Notes: generated from the sequence alone by a model not told the origin. A DNA stretch of 64,000 bases from Planctomycetota bacterium (GCA_018970605.1 JAGWWA010000002.1:272-64271); one strand, 5' to 3'. Positions 51,799 through 62,251 are shown, counted from the first letter of the stretch. Translations and numbers: made by a program.

Positions 51799-52089
51799 TC
51801 CCCTCGCTGCCGCTCGGGGCTTTCTGGAGGCAGCCAAGGATCGAGAGAGACGGAGCCGGCGTGCCCCCATCGCTCACGCGATTGGGCTTCCTGAACGGCG
51901 AGCGAGGGGCTGCCCATGCCCGGGAGCCGGCGTTGCTGACCAGCGCAGCCAGGATGGCGAAGCGCAGGCAGCATCGAGTGAGCGGAGGGCAGGATGCCCG
52001 TAGCGAACGTCCGGCGACGGAGCGTGGGCAGCACCGAGCGGCGTGGCGAAGTCAACGTGCCCCCATCGCTCACGCGATTGGGCTTCCTG
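51799..52089 (+). repeat. Repeat mosaic 7: E half (51799-51826), A (51862-51894), C (51901-52039), A (52058-52089)
   Basis: Direct sequence comparison with the other loci. Confidence 0.9.
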
Positions 52090-52106
52090 GCACGTGAACG
52101 TTCGGC

Positions 52107-52958
52107 TCACGGACGCCGCTGGCATGCAGGGCAGAAAAACGTCGCCCGCTGCGTCTGCACAATTCGCACGATCGCAGTCCCACAGGCGGTGCACGGCTCG
52201 CCCTCACGGCCATACACGCGATGCCGCTTCTGGAACCGACCCACGCGGTTGTCGGCCGTACGGTAGGTCTCGTCGCCGATGCTCGAGCCCTCGTGCCGCA
52301 CCGCGTCTGCGAGCACCCGGCGAGCCTGCTCCGCGATGCGATCCCACTGAGGCTGCTTCAGCCGGCGGCAGCGACTCCGCGGATCGATGCCGGCGCGGAA
52401 GAGGATCTCCGCGGCGTAGATGTTGCCGATGCCCGCCACGGCCCGCTGGTCGAGGAGCGCCACCTTCACGGCCCGCCGCGAGTCGCCAAGACGCGCCGCA
52501 AGATCCTCTCCGGTGACGACGAGGCCATCGGGGCCGTGCTTGTGCGGACCGCAGGCCCGCTCGAGCCCCGCGTCATCAAAGAGCCGGATCGTCCCCAGGC
52601 CGCGGCGATCCCAGAACGTCAACCTGCCGGAGCCTCGGCCCGCGAACTCGACCACCATGCGGACGTGCTCCACCGTCGGCGGATCGACGACGAGCATCAG
52701 GCCTGTCATCCGCGGCTCGAAGGCCAGCCACCGCCGCTCGTCGCCTGCCCCGGGGGCGAGTTCGATCACGATCCGCTTGCCGCGACGGTGGACGCCGGCG
52801 ACGGTCCGGCCCGTCAGCCGCCGCGCGAGCGTTGCGACGCCCGGCTCGATCGAGATCGGCCGCACGCGGCTTCTGGGAAACGTGGCGCCGGCGATGCGTC
52901 GGCCGGCGATTCCCGCGATCCCGCGCCGCATCGTCTCGACTTCCGGCAGTTCGGGCAT
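52107..52958 (-). CDS. mutM: Formamidopyrimidine-DNA glycosylase
   Basis: MPELPEVE, RRGK, LLDQ..AGIGNIYAAE and Zn finger CTAC..CPACQ. Confidence 0.95.
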   Translation of the reverse strand: MPELPEVETMRRGIAGIAGRRIAGATFPRSRVRPISIEPGVATLARRLTGRTVAGVHRRGKRIVIELAPGAGDERRWLAFEPRMTGLMLVVDPPTVEHVRMVVEFAGRGSGRLTFWDRRGLGTIRLFDDAGLERACGPHKHGPDGLVVTGEDLAARLGDSRRAVKVALLDQRAVAGIGNIYAAEILFRAGIDPRSRCRRLKQPQWDRIAEQARRVLADAVRHEGSSIGDETYRTADNRVGRFQKRHRVYGREGEPCTACGTAIVRIVQTQRATFFCPACQRRP

Positions 52959-53081
52959 CGCTCGTGCGGCAAGACGGGGCGCGGATGGTGAGGGGCCGGG
53001 AGCAGGCTACAATCGCGGTGAATCGCCGAGCAACCGGCCGCCTGGCCGGCCCCGCCCCACGGCCGTCGCAGGAATCCCGCC

Positions 53082-54320
53082 ATGGCATCCACACCCGTCG
53101 TCTCCCCGATGCTCTCCGGCGTGCCCGACGCCTACGGTCGCTTCGGCAAGTTCGGCGGTCGCTACGTGCCGGAAACGCTCTCGGCCGCGCTCGACCAGCT
53201 GGAGCGGGCCTACGCCGAGGCTGTGGCCGATCCGGCATTTTCAGGCGAACTCGACGGCTTGCTCTCAGCGTTCGTGGGCCGCCCCACGCCCCTGCTCTTC
53301 GCCAAGCGGCTCACGAAACTCGCCGGCGGCGCCCAGATCTGGCTCAAGCGGGAGGATCTCTCGCACACCGGCGCCCACAAGATCAACAACACGCTCGGCC
53401 AGGGATTGCTGGCGATCCGGATGGGCAAGCGGCGGATCATCGCCGAAACGGGCGCCGGCCAGCACGGCGTGGCCACGGCGACCGCCTGCGCCCGGTTCGG
53501 CCTCGAGTGCGTCGTCTACATGGGCTCGGAAGACGTCCGTCGGCAGGCTCCCAATGTCCGCAACATGCGGCTGATGGGGGCGGAGGTCCGGCCCGTCGAG
53601 ACCGGCTCCCGGACCCTCCGCGACGCGATCAACGACGCGATGCGCGACTGGATGGGCTCGGTGGAGACCACCCACTACATCATCGGCTCGGTCGTCGGCC
53701 CGCACCCCTTTCCGCGGATCGTCCGCGACTTCCAGTCGGTCATCGGTCGCGAGACGATCGAGATGAGCCGGCGGCAGTTCGGCCGGCTGCCCGACGCGGT
53801 GGTCGCATGCGTGGGCGGTGGCAGCAACGCCGCGGGCATGTTCTATCCGTTCGTTGACCATCCCGAGGTTCGCCTCGTGGGCGTCGAGGCGGGCGGTCGT
53901 TCGGGGACCGCCGGCGACCATGCAGCGAGCCTCTCGTACGGCAGCCCTGGCATCCTCCACGGCTCGCTCTCCTACGTGCTCCAGGATCAGGACGGCCAGA
54001 CCGCCGACGTTCATTCCGTGTCGGCCGGCCTCGACTATCCGGGCGTCGGCCCCGAGCACAGCTACTGGCACGACATGGGACGAGTCGAATACACGAGCGT
54101 CACCGATCTCGAGGCGCTCGACGCCTTCGACATGGTGGCACGCCACGAGGGCATCCTGCCGGCACTCGAAACGTCGCACGCGCTCGCCTGGGCCGCCCGC
54201 GAGGCGGCGAAGCGGTCGCCCGATGAGATCATCGTCGTCTGCCTGTCGGGCCGCGGCGACAAGGATGCCGCCGAGATCGCCCGCCTCCGCGGCCTCACCG
54301 CCGACGGCGGCACGGCCTGA
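53082..54320 (+). CDS. trpB: Tryptophan synthase beta chain
   Basis: [25 protein letters not shown] and [11 protein letters not shown]. Confidence 0.98.
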   Translation: MASTPVVSPMLSGVPDAYGRFGKFGGRYVPETLSAALDQLERAYAEAVADPAFSGELDGLLSAFVGRPTPLLFAKRLTKLAGGAQIWLKREDLSHTGAHKINNTLGQGLLAIRMGKRRIIAETGAGQHGVATATACARFGLECVVYMGSEDVRRQAPNVRNMRLMGAEVRPVETGSRTLRDAINDAMRDWMGSVETTHYIIGSVVGPHPFPRIVRDFQSVIGRETIEMSRRQFGRLPDAVVACVGGGSNAAGMFYPFVDHPEVRLVGVEAGGRSGTAGDHAASLSYGSPGILHGSLSYVLQDQDGQTADVHSVSAGLDYPGVGPEHSYWHDMGRVEYTSVTDLEALDAFDMVARHEGILPALETSHALAWAAREAAKRSPDEIIVVCLSGRGDKDAAEIARLRGLTADGGTA

Positions 54321-54338
54321 CACCCCCCGGTGAACCAC

Positions 54339-55169
54339 ATGACCGCGACGACTGCTGCCGCTCCGCCGATCGCCAAACTCCAGGCGATGTTCGCCGCCAA
54401 TCGGGCCGCCGGCCGAAAGGCGCTGGCGCCATTCGTGACCGCCGGCGACCCCGACGCCGACACGACGGTGGCCGTGCTGGAGACACTCGACAAGGCGGGG
54501 GCGTCGCTCTGCGAACTCGGCGTGCCCTACAGCGACCCGATCGCCGACGGCCCGGTGATCCAGGCCTCCTACACGCGGGCGTTGGGCAAGGGGCTCACGC
54601 TCGCCGGTGTCTTCGATGCAGCCCAGCGGGCTTCCGCGACCTGCACGATGCCGATCCTCGCGATGGCGAGTTATTCGCTGATCTTTCGCCGTGGCATCGA
54701 CCGCTTCGTGGCCGACGCCGTGACCGCGGGCCTCGCCGGCTTCGTCGTGCCCGATCTGCCGCTGGAGGAGTCCGACGATCTCGATGCTGCCTGCCGCAAG
54801 GCCGGGCTCGCGCTCGTTCGGCTCGTCACGCCCACGACCCCGCCGGACCGGGCCGAGGCGATCGCGAGAAAGTCCACCGGCTTTCTCTACTGCGTGTCGG
54901 TGGCGGGGGTGACCGGTGCCCGGACCGAACTTCCGCCGGGTCTCGTGGACCGGGTGAAGTGGCTGAAGACCAAGACCGACGTACCCATCCTGGTTGGCTT
55001 CGGGATCTCCGGCCCTGAGCAGGTGCGGGCCGTGGCGGCCGTCGCCGACGGCGTGATCGTGGGCTCGGCCCTCGTCCGCAGGATCGCGGAGGCAGCCGAC
55101 CAGCCGCGAAGCCAGATGCTCGCGGATGTGGCGGCGTACACGGCCTCCCTCACGGCCGCCTGCGGCTGA
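54339..55169 (+). CDS. trpA: Tryptophan synthase alpha chain
   Basis: TAGDP, ELGVPYSDPIADGPVIQ, VGFGIS and DGVIVGSA. Confidence 0.97.
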   Translation: MTATTAAAPPIAKLQAMFAANRAAGRKALAPFVTAGDPDADTTVAVLETLDKAGASLCELGVPYSDPIADGPVIQASYTRALGKGLTLAGVFDAAQRASATCTMPILAMASYSLIFRRGIDRFVADAVTAGLAGFVVPDLPLEESDDLDAACRKAGLALVRLVTPTTPPDRAEAIARKSTGFLYCVSVAGVTGARTELPPGLVDRVKWLKTKTDVPILVGFGISGPEQVRAVAAVADGVIVGSALVRRIAEAADQPRSQMLADVAAYTASLTAACG

Positions 55170-55313
55170 CGGCTACCCGCCCGGAACGGTCGGACGTCGG
55201 CACGCCGCGGCATGGGCGGAGGAACCGGATTCGTCTGGCCCGGCCGGGGAACGAAAGCCTATAACGTGCCGTAGAACCAGTGGCTGGCGTGCCCCCGTGC
55301 GTGCGAGCTTGCC

Positions 55314-55811
55314 ATGTTTTCAGCCCGCGATCCGTCCGACATCGACCGCTTCTTCCGAGGCCTGACAGAGTACGCGTTTCACACGCGGCTCGGGGTGGTC
55401 GATCCGCCGCTCGTCGATTACGTGTCGCTGCTCCTCGTGCGGTTTCTCCGCATCGACACGGCAGCGGCGAAGACCGCCGCGCCGCCGGTCACCGACGTCG
55501 TGTCGCTTTTCGTGGAGGCCGCGGGCCATCCGGAGCCCGACGAGGCCCGTGAGGAATACCGCCACATCGGCGACGTCACGCTCTTCTGGAGCGGCCTCTA
55601 TCCTGAGGCACTCCGGCGCATCGAGGCCCCGAGCCGCGTCGATCGGTTGGCCGCCTACCGCTCGACGGGCAAGCGGGCCTATCGGCTTGCGGCCACGCTC
55701 GAGCCGATTGATGCCGACGAAGAGCGACGGCTGCTGGAACGGCTTTCCGACGACTACGACCTCTGCGTCGAGGGCCTCGCCGAGGTGCGGCGCATCTGGG
55801 GTGAGGGCTGA
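55314..55811 (+). CDS. Hypothetical protein
   Basis: Coding-like composition. Motifs YRHIGDVTLFWSGLYPE and GKRAY. Confidence 0.75.
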   Translation: MFSARDPSDIDRFFRGLTEYAFHTRLGVVDPPLVDYVSLLLVRFLRIDTAAAKTAAPPVTDVVSLFVEAAGHPEPDEAREEYRHIGDVTLFWSGLYPEALRRIEAPSRVDRLAAYRSTGKRAYRLAATLEPIDADEERRLLERLSDDYDLCVEGLAEVRRIWGEG

Positions 55812-55829
55812 TTCGGGGCACACGTGAAC

Positions 55830-55896
55830 CGGCGTCCCGCGCTGAACCTGGCGTCTGGTGGCGGTTCACCCCACGCCTTACGGCGTCGGGCTTGGA
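55830..55896 (-). repeat. Module B repeat between convergent genes
   Basis: The reverse complement ggtccaagcccgacgccgtaaggcgtggggtgaaccgccaccagacg matches 43683. Confidence 0.8.
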
Positions 55897-55945
55897 CCAC
55901 CGACGGGCAGCCCCGAGCCTCGGGCACGGGTATTCCGAGCGCGGC

Positions 55946-56848
55946 CTACGACCGTCCCATCACCTGCGCCGGCCACGGTGGCTCGAAACCGACCGACTCC
56001 ACGCCGACACCCGCCTGCACGAGCGCCGCAACCACCTCACCGAGCGACGCCCTCGCGGGATCGAGCTGAAACGCGACCCGATCGGATTCTTCGCAGTCGC
56101 ACGCTCCGAGAAGACCCCGGATCACGGCCGCCGCCCGAGGCGCCGCTCCACGGCAGACCACGGCATACCGCCACGTCCGCCCGGCGGCGAAGGCGGCCGG
56201 ATTTGCCTGTCCTGAGGCGATCAGTCGCCCCTCGGCAAGTACGGCGAGGTGCGTGAAGCACGCCGGCACGTCGGCGTCGTCGATGGCCGCGAGCACCGTC
56301 CTGTCGATGAGGTGCGCATCGGCAATCAGCCGGGCCACGTCCCGCCGCTCGAAGGCGTCGAGGCCGCCAAACGGATCGTCGAGCAGGAGCACCTGCGGGT
56401 CATGGAGGAGCGCCCGGGCCACGAGGATTCGCTTGCGATGGCCTGCGGGCAGGTCGTCGAGCAGAGCCGACCGCTCGCGGTCGAGCCCCGCCATCGCCAG
56501 CGCGCGATCGACGGCCATCCGCAGACCTTCCCCCTGAAGTCCGGCGGCTGCGGCAAACACCTCCAGAAACTCGCCGGCCCGCAGTCCAGGCCATTCCGGC
56601 AGCCTGTCGGGCACGTAGCCCACACGGCGCCGCACCTGCTCGGCCTCCCGGCCGACGGCGTGCCCATCGACGAGGATGGCGCCGGCGTGCAGCGGCAGCA
56701 CGGTGGCCACTGCGGCGAGCAGCGAACTCTTGCCGGATCCCGTCCGGCCCACCACCGCCAGCGCCTCGCCCGGTGCCACGGCGAGCGAGAGCGACTCGAC
56801 GACCACGCGGCCCGACCGCTCGACCGTAGCGCGTTCGCAGCGGATCAT
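55946..56848 (-). CDS. ABC transporter ATP-binding protein (degenerate signature motif)
   Basis: Walker A GRTGSGKS, signature LPAGHRKR, Walker B LLLDDP. Confidence 0.85.
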   Translation of the reverse strand: MIRCERATVERSGRVVVESLSLAVAPGEALAVVGRTGSGKSSLLAAVATVLPLHAGAILVDGHAVGREAEQVRRRVGYVPDRLPEWPGLRAGEFLEVFAAAAGLQGEGLRMAVDRALAMAGLDRERSALLDDLPAGHRKRILVARALLHDPQVLLLDDPFGGLDAFERRDVARLIADAHLIDRTVLAAIDDADVPACFTHLAVLAEGRLIASGQANPAAFAAGRTWRYAVVCRGAAPRAAAVIRGLLGACDCEESDRVAFQLDPARASLGEVVAALVQAGVGVESVGFEPPWPAQVMGRS

Positions 56849-56862
56849 CGGCCCCTCGTCGT

Positions 56863-58404
56863 TCAGGCCCGAGAACCGGCCGCCAGCCGCTCGTTGGTCA
56901 TCTCGATGGAGACGAGCAACCCCTTCGCCTTGTTGAGCGTCTCCTCGAACTCCTTCTCGGGAACGCTGTCGGCCACCACGCCGGCCCCCGACTGCACGGA
57001 GGCCCGACCGCCGGCGACCACGACCGTCCGCAACGCGATGCAGGTGTCCATCGAGCCATTGAAATCGACGTAGCCGACGGCGCCCGCGTACGGCCCGCGG
57101 CGGACGGGCTCGAGCTCGTCGATGATCTCCATGGCACGGATCTTCGGGGCTCCGGACACCGTCCCCGCGGGGAGGCAGGCGCGAAGCGCGTCGAACGCGG
57201 AGAGCCCCTCGGCGAGCCTGCCGGTGACGTTGCTCGTGATGTGCATCACGTGGCTGTACCGTTCGATCACCATCACGTCGGAGAGTTCCACGGAGCCGAT
57301 CGCCGCCACGCGGCCGACGTCGTTCCGCCCCAGATCGATGAGCATCACGTGCTCGGCCCGCTCCTTGGGATCGGCGAGCAGTTCCGCGGCCAATGCACGG
57401 TCTTCGTCGGGTGTGGCCCCCCGCCGCCGCGTCCCCGCCAGCGGCCGCACGGTCACGGCGCCATCGATGCACCGCACCATGATCTCGGGCGAACTGCCCA
57501 CGAGCGTGCACGACGGCGACCGCAGGTAGAACATGAACGGGCTCGGGTTCACCACGCGGAGCGTGCGGTAGAGCTCGAGGGGCGACGCCGCAAACGGCAT
57601 GTCGATCCGCCGGCTGAGCACCACCTGAAAGATGTCTCCGGCCCGGATGTACTCGATCGACCTCTCGACGGCCGCAAGAAACGCCTCGCGGCCGAAGGCC
57701 GACCGCGCCGTGCCGTCAGTCAGGCAGGCGGGCTCCCGCTTCGAGCCGATGTCGGCCGGCGGCGGCCAGGCGTGCGGGGCGGAGAGCGTGGCGATGGTTT
57801 CGTCGATCCGGCGGCAGGCGGCGGCATAGCCGCGGTCGAGCCCGGTGTCGTCGTCCTCGTTCACCTCGGCCAGCACGACGACGTCGATCGCCTTGGTGAC
57901 GTTGTCGAAGACCACCATGCGGTCGTAGAACCCGAACGACAGGTCAGGCAGGCCGCGGTCATCGGGGGGGGCATCTGGCAGCTGCTCCACGTAGCGAACG
58001 GTGTCGTAGCCGGCATAACCGACGACGCCGCTGGTGAACGGCGGCAGCTCCGGCAGCCGCGCGACCCGGAACGGCGTCATCCTCCGCTCGAGTTCCGCGA
58101 GTGGATCCGGGCACTGCAGCGTTTCCGCGCCCTCCTTGCCCGACACCGTCACCTCGGAGCCCCAGGCCTCGAGGCGGAGAAACGGATCAGCCGCCAGGAA
58201 GCTGTACCGGCCCACCTTCTCGCCGCCGACGACGCTTTCGAAGAGGCAGGCGGCCTCGCCGGCATCGAGCTTGGCGAAGGCCGACAAAGGCGTCAGGCCG
58301 TCGGCAAACAGCCGCCGGTAGACGGGCACGAGGCGGCGGCCCGCGGCGGGCGCAAGGCCCCGCGCCAGTTCTCCAAAACGCGACCTGTCCGGCAGGTGGG
58401 GCAT
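56863..58404 (-). CDS. trpE: Anthranilate synthase component I
   Basis: FESVVGGEKVGRYSF, GDIFQVVLS, NPSPFM, PLAGT, KERAEHVMLIDLGRND and PAGTVSGAPK. Confidence 0.96.
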   Translation of the reverse strand: MPHLPDRSRFGELARGLAPAAGRRLVPVYRRLFADGLTPLSAFAKLDAGEAACLFESVVGGEKVGRYSFLAADPFLRLEAWGSEVTVSGKEGAETLQCPDPLAELERRMTPFRVARLPELPPFTSGVVGYAGYDTVRYVEQLPDAPPDDRGLPDLSFGFYDRMVVFDNVTKAIDVVVLAEVNEDDDTGLDRGYAAACRRIDETIATLSAPHAWPPPADIGSKREPACLTDGTARSAFGREAFLAAVERSIEYIRAGDIFQVVLSRRIDMPFAASPLELYRTLRVVNPSPFMFYLRSPSCTLVGSSPEIMVRCIDGAVTVRPLAGTRRRGATPDEDRALAAELLADPKERAEHVMLIDLGRNDVGRVAAIGSVELSDVMVIERYSHVMHITSNVTGRLAEGLSAFDALRACLPAGTVSGAPKIRAMEIIDELEPVRRGPYAGAVGYVDFNGSMDTCIALRTVVVAGGRASVQSGAGVVADSVPEKEFEETLNKAKGLLVSIEMTNERLAAGSRA

Positions 58405-58549
58405 GGGCGGGCAGTCGGGCGACGCGGGCAACGGCTCGGGGAAGAGCCTACCCCCGGATCCGCCGACCAACAACACGCCGCCCGACAGACCGAGGGCGAC
58501 CGTGAGCCCGCGACCCGCTATGATTCGAGGTGTTGTCGAGGAGCGGTCG

Positions 58550-59134
58550 ATGCAGTGCCAACAGTGCGATAAGCAGGCGGTCTTCCACATCACCGAGTTG
58601 GAGACGGGCGAGGTGCGCGAACTCCACCTCTGCGAGGACCACGCGCGCGTCTACCTCAACCAGTCGGAGGCGGCACAGGAGGGGGAGGAGAAACCGGCCG
58701 GTGGACTGTCGGGCCCGCTGACGGTCGGCCAGACCGCCGACGAACTCGCGCTCCTCGACAAGAAGGCCTGCCCGATGTGCGGCATCACCTTCTTCGAATT
58801 CCGCAACCAGGGGCGACTCGGATGCCCCCACGACTATGTCCACTTCGAGAAGGAACTCGAGCCATTGATCGCCAACATTCACGGTGGCACGCAGCACACC
58901 GGCCGCCGGCCGGAGCGGCCCGCGATGGCGGGTGGCGACGCGCTGCCGGAGGGCACCGACGATCTCACACGCGTGATCGGGCTCCGCCGGAGCATGCAGG
59001 AGGCGATCTCCTGCGAAGCCTACGAACGGGCCCGCGAGGATCGCGACGCGGTGCGGAGCATCGAGGAACGGTGGCTGACGGGGCCGCAGACCGGGGCAGG
59101 GCCAACGAACGAAGGCGGACGGGGCGACCGATGA
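58550..59134 (+). CDS. mcsA: Protein-arginine kinase activator McsA (UVR domain)
   Basis: CQQC, LCEDH, CPMC, GRLGCPHDY and C-terminal UVR EAYERA..RD. ATGA overlap with mcsB. Confidence 0.92.
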   Translation: MQCQQCDKQAVFHITELETGEVRELHLCEDHARVYLNQSEAAQEGEEKPAGGLSGPLTVGQTADELALLDKKACPMCGITFFEFRNQGRLGCPHDYVHFEKELEPLIANIHGGTQHTGRRPERPAMAGGDALPEGTDDLTRVIGLRRSMQEAISCEAYERAREDRDAVRSIEERWLTGPQTGAGPTNEGGRGDR

Positions 59135-60195
59135 AACTTGACACCCTCGCCGAGGACGTCGGCGAATGGCTCCGGGGCACGGGTCCGGAATCGGACATCG
59201 TGATGAGCAGCCGCGTGCGGCTCGCCCGGAACGTGGCCCACTATCCGTTCGTGAGCCGCCTGTCGGACCAGGATCGCGGTGACGTCGAGCGGTTCCTCCG
59301 CGAGCGGATCACCGCCTCTTCGGCCGGCAGCCAACTCGAGTACATCGACGTCGGCCGGCTGGAGGAGGTCGACCGACAGTTCCTCGTGGAGCGGCAGTTG
59401 ATCAGCCGCGAACACGCCGAGGCCCAGGGGGCTCGCGGCGTGGCGATCGACGGCCGCGAGCAGGTGAGCCTGATGATCAACGAGGAGGACCACCTCCGGA
59501 TCCAGTGCATGCACAGCGGCCTCGACCTGCGGGGGGCCTGGGAGCAGATCAGGGCGGTCGACGACCAGATCGGCCGGGTCGTGCCCTACGCCTTCCACCC
59601 GCGATGGGGCTACCTCACCGCCTGCCCCACCAACGTGGGCACCGGCATCCGGGTGAGCGTGATGCTGCACCTCCCGGCCCTGGTCATCACACGGCAGATC
59701 GACAAGGTCTTCCGGAGCCTGCACAAGATCTCCCTGGCGGTCCGCGGCCTCTACGGCGAGGGCTCCCAGGCGATGGGCGACTTCTACCAGATCTCCAACC
59801 AGACCACGCTCGGCAAGACCGAGGAGGAACTGATCGAGCAGGTCGGCGACGTGGTGCCGGTGCTGATCGACTACGAGCGGCGGGCCCGCGAGTTTCTGGT
59901 GCGGGAAACCCAGCAGAACGTCCACGATCAGGTGAGCCGCGCGTACGGCATCCTCCGGACAGCCCAGACGATCACCGCCGAGGAGACGATGCAGCTCCTC
60001 TCCCGAGTCCGCATGGGGGTCCTGCTCGGGCTGATCGGCGACGTGAAGATCGCCGACATCAACTCGCTTCTCGTCCGTACGCAGCCGGCCCACTTGCAGA
60101 AGATCCGCGGCGTCGAGCTCGACACGAAGGACCGCAACATCGAGCGAGCCCGCTACCTTCGCCGCCATTTCGAAGGCGGCCCACCGCAGAACTGA
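59131..60195 (+). CDS. mcsB: Protein arginine kinase McsB
   Basis: SSRVRLARN, INEEDHLR, CPTNVGTG, RGLYGEGS and QISNQ. Confidence 0.95.
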   Translation: MKLDTLAEDVGEWLRGTGPESDIVMSSRVRLARNVAHYPFVSRLSDQDRGDVERFLRERITASSAGSQLEYIDVGRLEEVDRQFLVERQLISREHAEAQGARGVAIDGREQVSLMINEEDHLRIQCMHSGLDLRGAWEQIRAVDDQIGRVVPYAFHPRWGYLTACPTNVGTGIRVSVMLHLPALVITRQIDKVFRSLHKISLAVRGLYGEGSQAMGDFYQISNQTTLGKTEEELIEQVGDVVPVLIDYERRAREFLVRETQQNVHDQVSRAYGILRTAQTITAEETMQLLSRVRMGVLLGLIGDVKIADINSLLVRTQPAHLQKIRGVELDTKDRNIERARYLRRHFEGGPPQN

Positions 60196-60228
60196 CAAGG
60201 GGCCGTCAAGAGCCTCGCGCGGTCGACG

Positions 60229-60726
60229 TCCGAGCCCAACGCCGCGAGGCGTGGGGCGAGCCACCACACAATGCGGCGTCCAGCGTGGTTTGCCCGAGGC
60301 CTCGTGCGGTTCCCACGTGATCCTCGCGCGTTTCTGCACGGAACCCTCAAAGCCCGGAGCGGAAGCGACGGGAACGGCTCCGCGGATCGGCACGCATCGC
60401 TCGCGGCCGCCACGCGTGATCCCCTCGCTCCCGCTCGGGGCTTCCTGGCGGAGCGACACCGCCGCAGGAACGCCTCAGGATCACGTGCCAGTCGTAGAGG
60501 CCCCGACGGCATCGGGTCTTCAGGGCCTTCGCAAGGGAATGGCGGTGAGGGGCAGCCCATGCCCCGAGAGCCGGCGTTGCTGGCCAGCGTAGGCAGGATG
60601 CCGGAGCGCAGCCAGCATCGAGCGAGTGGAGGGCAGGATGCCCGCATCGAGCGTCCGGCGATGGGGCGTGGGCTGCCCCTCACCGGCGCCGGCGGCACGA
60701 GCAGGTTGGAAACCGTCTGTTCTGCG
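60229..60726 (+). repeat. Repeat mosaic 8: B (60229-60300), E pair (60350-60448), C (60544-60684), D-like (about 60698-60726)
   Basis: The C terminal stem is ggtgaggggcagcccatgcccc/ggggcgtgggctgcccctcacc. The other modules were identified by comparison. Confidence 0.88.
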
Positions 60727-60745
60727 GGGGATTGCTCGTCGGCCG

Positions 60746-61258
60746 TCAGCCTGTCGCGAGCTTCCGTCGCAGCGCCGCCACGACCGGCTGCGGCACGAAC
60801 TTCAGCAGCGCCTCGTCGTCGGCCAGCGGCGTGATCTGCTTGAGCAGCGACGACGAGATGTGCGAGTAGGCGGCGTCGGCCATCAGGAATACCGTCTCGA
60901 CCGACGGGTCGAGCTTGCGGTTGGCCAGCGTCATCGTGAACTCGGCCTCGATGTCGGTCAGCGACCGCACGCCGCGGAGCAGCACGCGGGCCCCCTGCTC
61001 CCGCACAAAGGCCACGGAAAGGCCGCTGAACAACTCCACGCGGACGTTGCCAAACCCGGCCACGGCAGCCTTCACCAGATCGACCCGCTCCTCGAGGGAG
61101 AACAGCGGGTGCTTGTCCGGATTGATGCCCACCCCGACCACGATCGTCCCGAAGATCCTGCTGGCCCGGCCGATCACGTCGAGATGGCCCAGCGTGATCG
61201 GGTCAAAAGACCCGGTGTAGACGGCGACGGTACGGGGCTCGGGGGTCGCGGGTGTCAT
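60746..61258 (-). CDS. coaD: Phosphopantetheine adenylyltransferase
   Basis: YTGSFDPITLGHLD, RGVR and HISSS. Confidence 0.97.
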   Translation of the reverse strand: MTPATPEPRTVAVYTGSFDPITLGHLDVIGRASRIFGTIVVGVGINPDKHPLFSLEERVDLVKAAVAGFGNVRVELFSGLSVAFVREQGARVLLRGVRSLTDIEAEFTMTLANRKLDPSVETVFLMADAAYSHISSSLLKQITPLADDEALLKFVPQPVVAALRRKLATG

Positions 61259-61342
61259 GGTGGAAGCGTCGAGGGTATGGTATGGAATTGCCGGCTCGCT
61301 TGAAACCGTCGCCTTCCCAGGAGCGCTCCCCGCGCGTCGATC

Positions 61343-61519
61343 GTGCTCTCCCTCGCAGGCCTGATTCTTTCCGGTATCGTCGTGATTCTCTTCGTGGCCG
61401 ACCTGGCGGCCGCGTTCCCGTTTCAGCGGGTGAGCGTGGCCGCCGACATCGGCTTCATCCTTGCCGGCCTGTTGGTCGCCTACCTGAGCTGGTCGATCAA
61501 CACCCGCGCGAAGGCCTGA
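61343..61519 (+). CDS. Small 2-TM membrane protein (58 aa), absent from the ORF track
   Basis: GTG start, MLSLAGLILSGIVVILFVADLAAAFPFQRVSVAADIGFILAGLLVAYLSWSINTRAKA*. Fills the intergenic gap and ends 12 bp from a convergent gene. Confidence 0.7.
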   Translation: MLSLAGLILSGIVVILFVADLAAAFPFQRVSVAADIGFILAGLLVAYLSWSINTRAKA

Positions 61520-61531
61520 TTCGCGACGTCG

Positions 61532-62251
61532 TCACGCCGCCCGGAGCACGGAGCGGCCCACGGCCTCGCGATCGCCGCCGGAGATCAGCCGGGGCAGCGC
61601 GGACAGCGGCACCACCGTCGCGGTGCCGCCAAACCGGCGTTGCCCCGCCCAGGAGATCCAGCGTTCCAGTCGTGGTGCCAGGGAAGCCGCACCGTTGTTG
61701 CCTGCCGACACGCCATCCGTGCGGAGCACGTGCAGCCCGCCCGGCACGAGTCGCGGCATGCCGCCCAACCCGAGCCAGCCGGCAAGGCCCGCCGGCCGCG
61801 CGGAAGTGACCACCACCTCCCACAGACCCCACACCGGGTTGCGACAGTTCCAGCCCTTCGGGGCGGGTCGTCGGTTGCCGCGGGATTCTTCCTCGAACGC
61901 GGCGACCACCGCCACGCCGATCCCCTCCTCCACGAGCACGCCACGGTTCGCCGCCGGTGTCGGCCCCCGGAGCACCACCGCCGCCAGATCGGGCATCAGG
62001 TCACGACCGCGGAGCAGGAGTTCGCGGAGCCGCGACCGCGAGCCGCAGGCCGCCGGCGGGATGTCGAGCGCGAGGTCGAGCCCGTGAACCTGCCCCGCAA
62101 CGTCGGCGAGCGTGTCGATGCCGACAGCCCAGGTCACGGGCACGGCGACGCCGCGAACGGCGTCGAGCCACGGCCGGGAACGCCCCGTGATGGCCTGCCG
62201 CGGCGCGGTTGCACACAAGACCACCGTGGCTGGTTGTTTCCGCCCCATCAT
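61532..62251 (-). CDS. Hypothetical protein, possibly a degenerate polysaccharide deacetylase-like fold
   Basis: VPVTWAV, GLWEV and GLHVL segments. The function call is weak. Confidence 0.55.
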   Translation of the reverse strand: MMGRKQPATVVLCATAPRQAITGRSRPWLDAVRGVAVPVTWAVGIDTLADVAGQVHGLDLALDIPPAACGSRSRLRELLLRGRDLMPDLAAVVLRGPTPAANRGVLVEEGIGVAVVAAFEEESRGNRRPAPKGWNCRNPVWGLWEVVVTSARPAGLAGWLGLGGMPRLVPGGLHVLRTDGVSAGNNGAASLAPRLERWISWAGQRRFGGTATVVPLSALPRLISGGDREAVGRSVLRAA

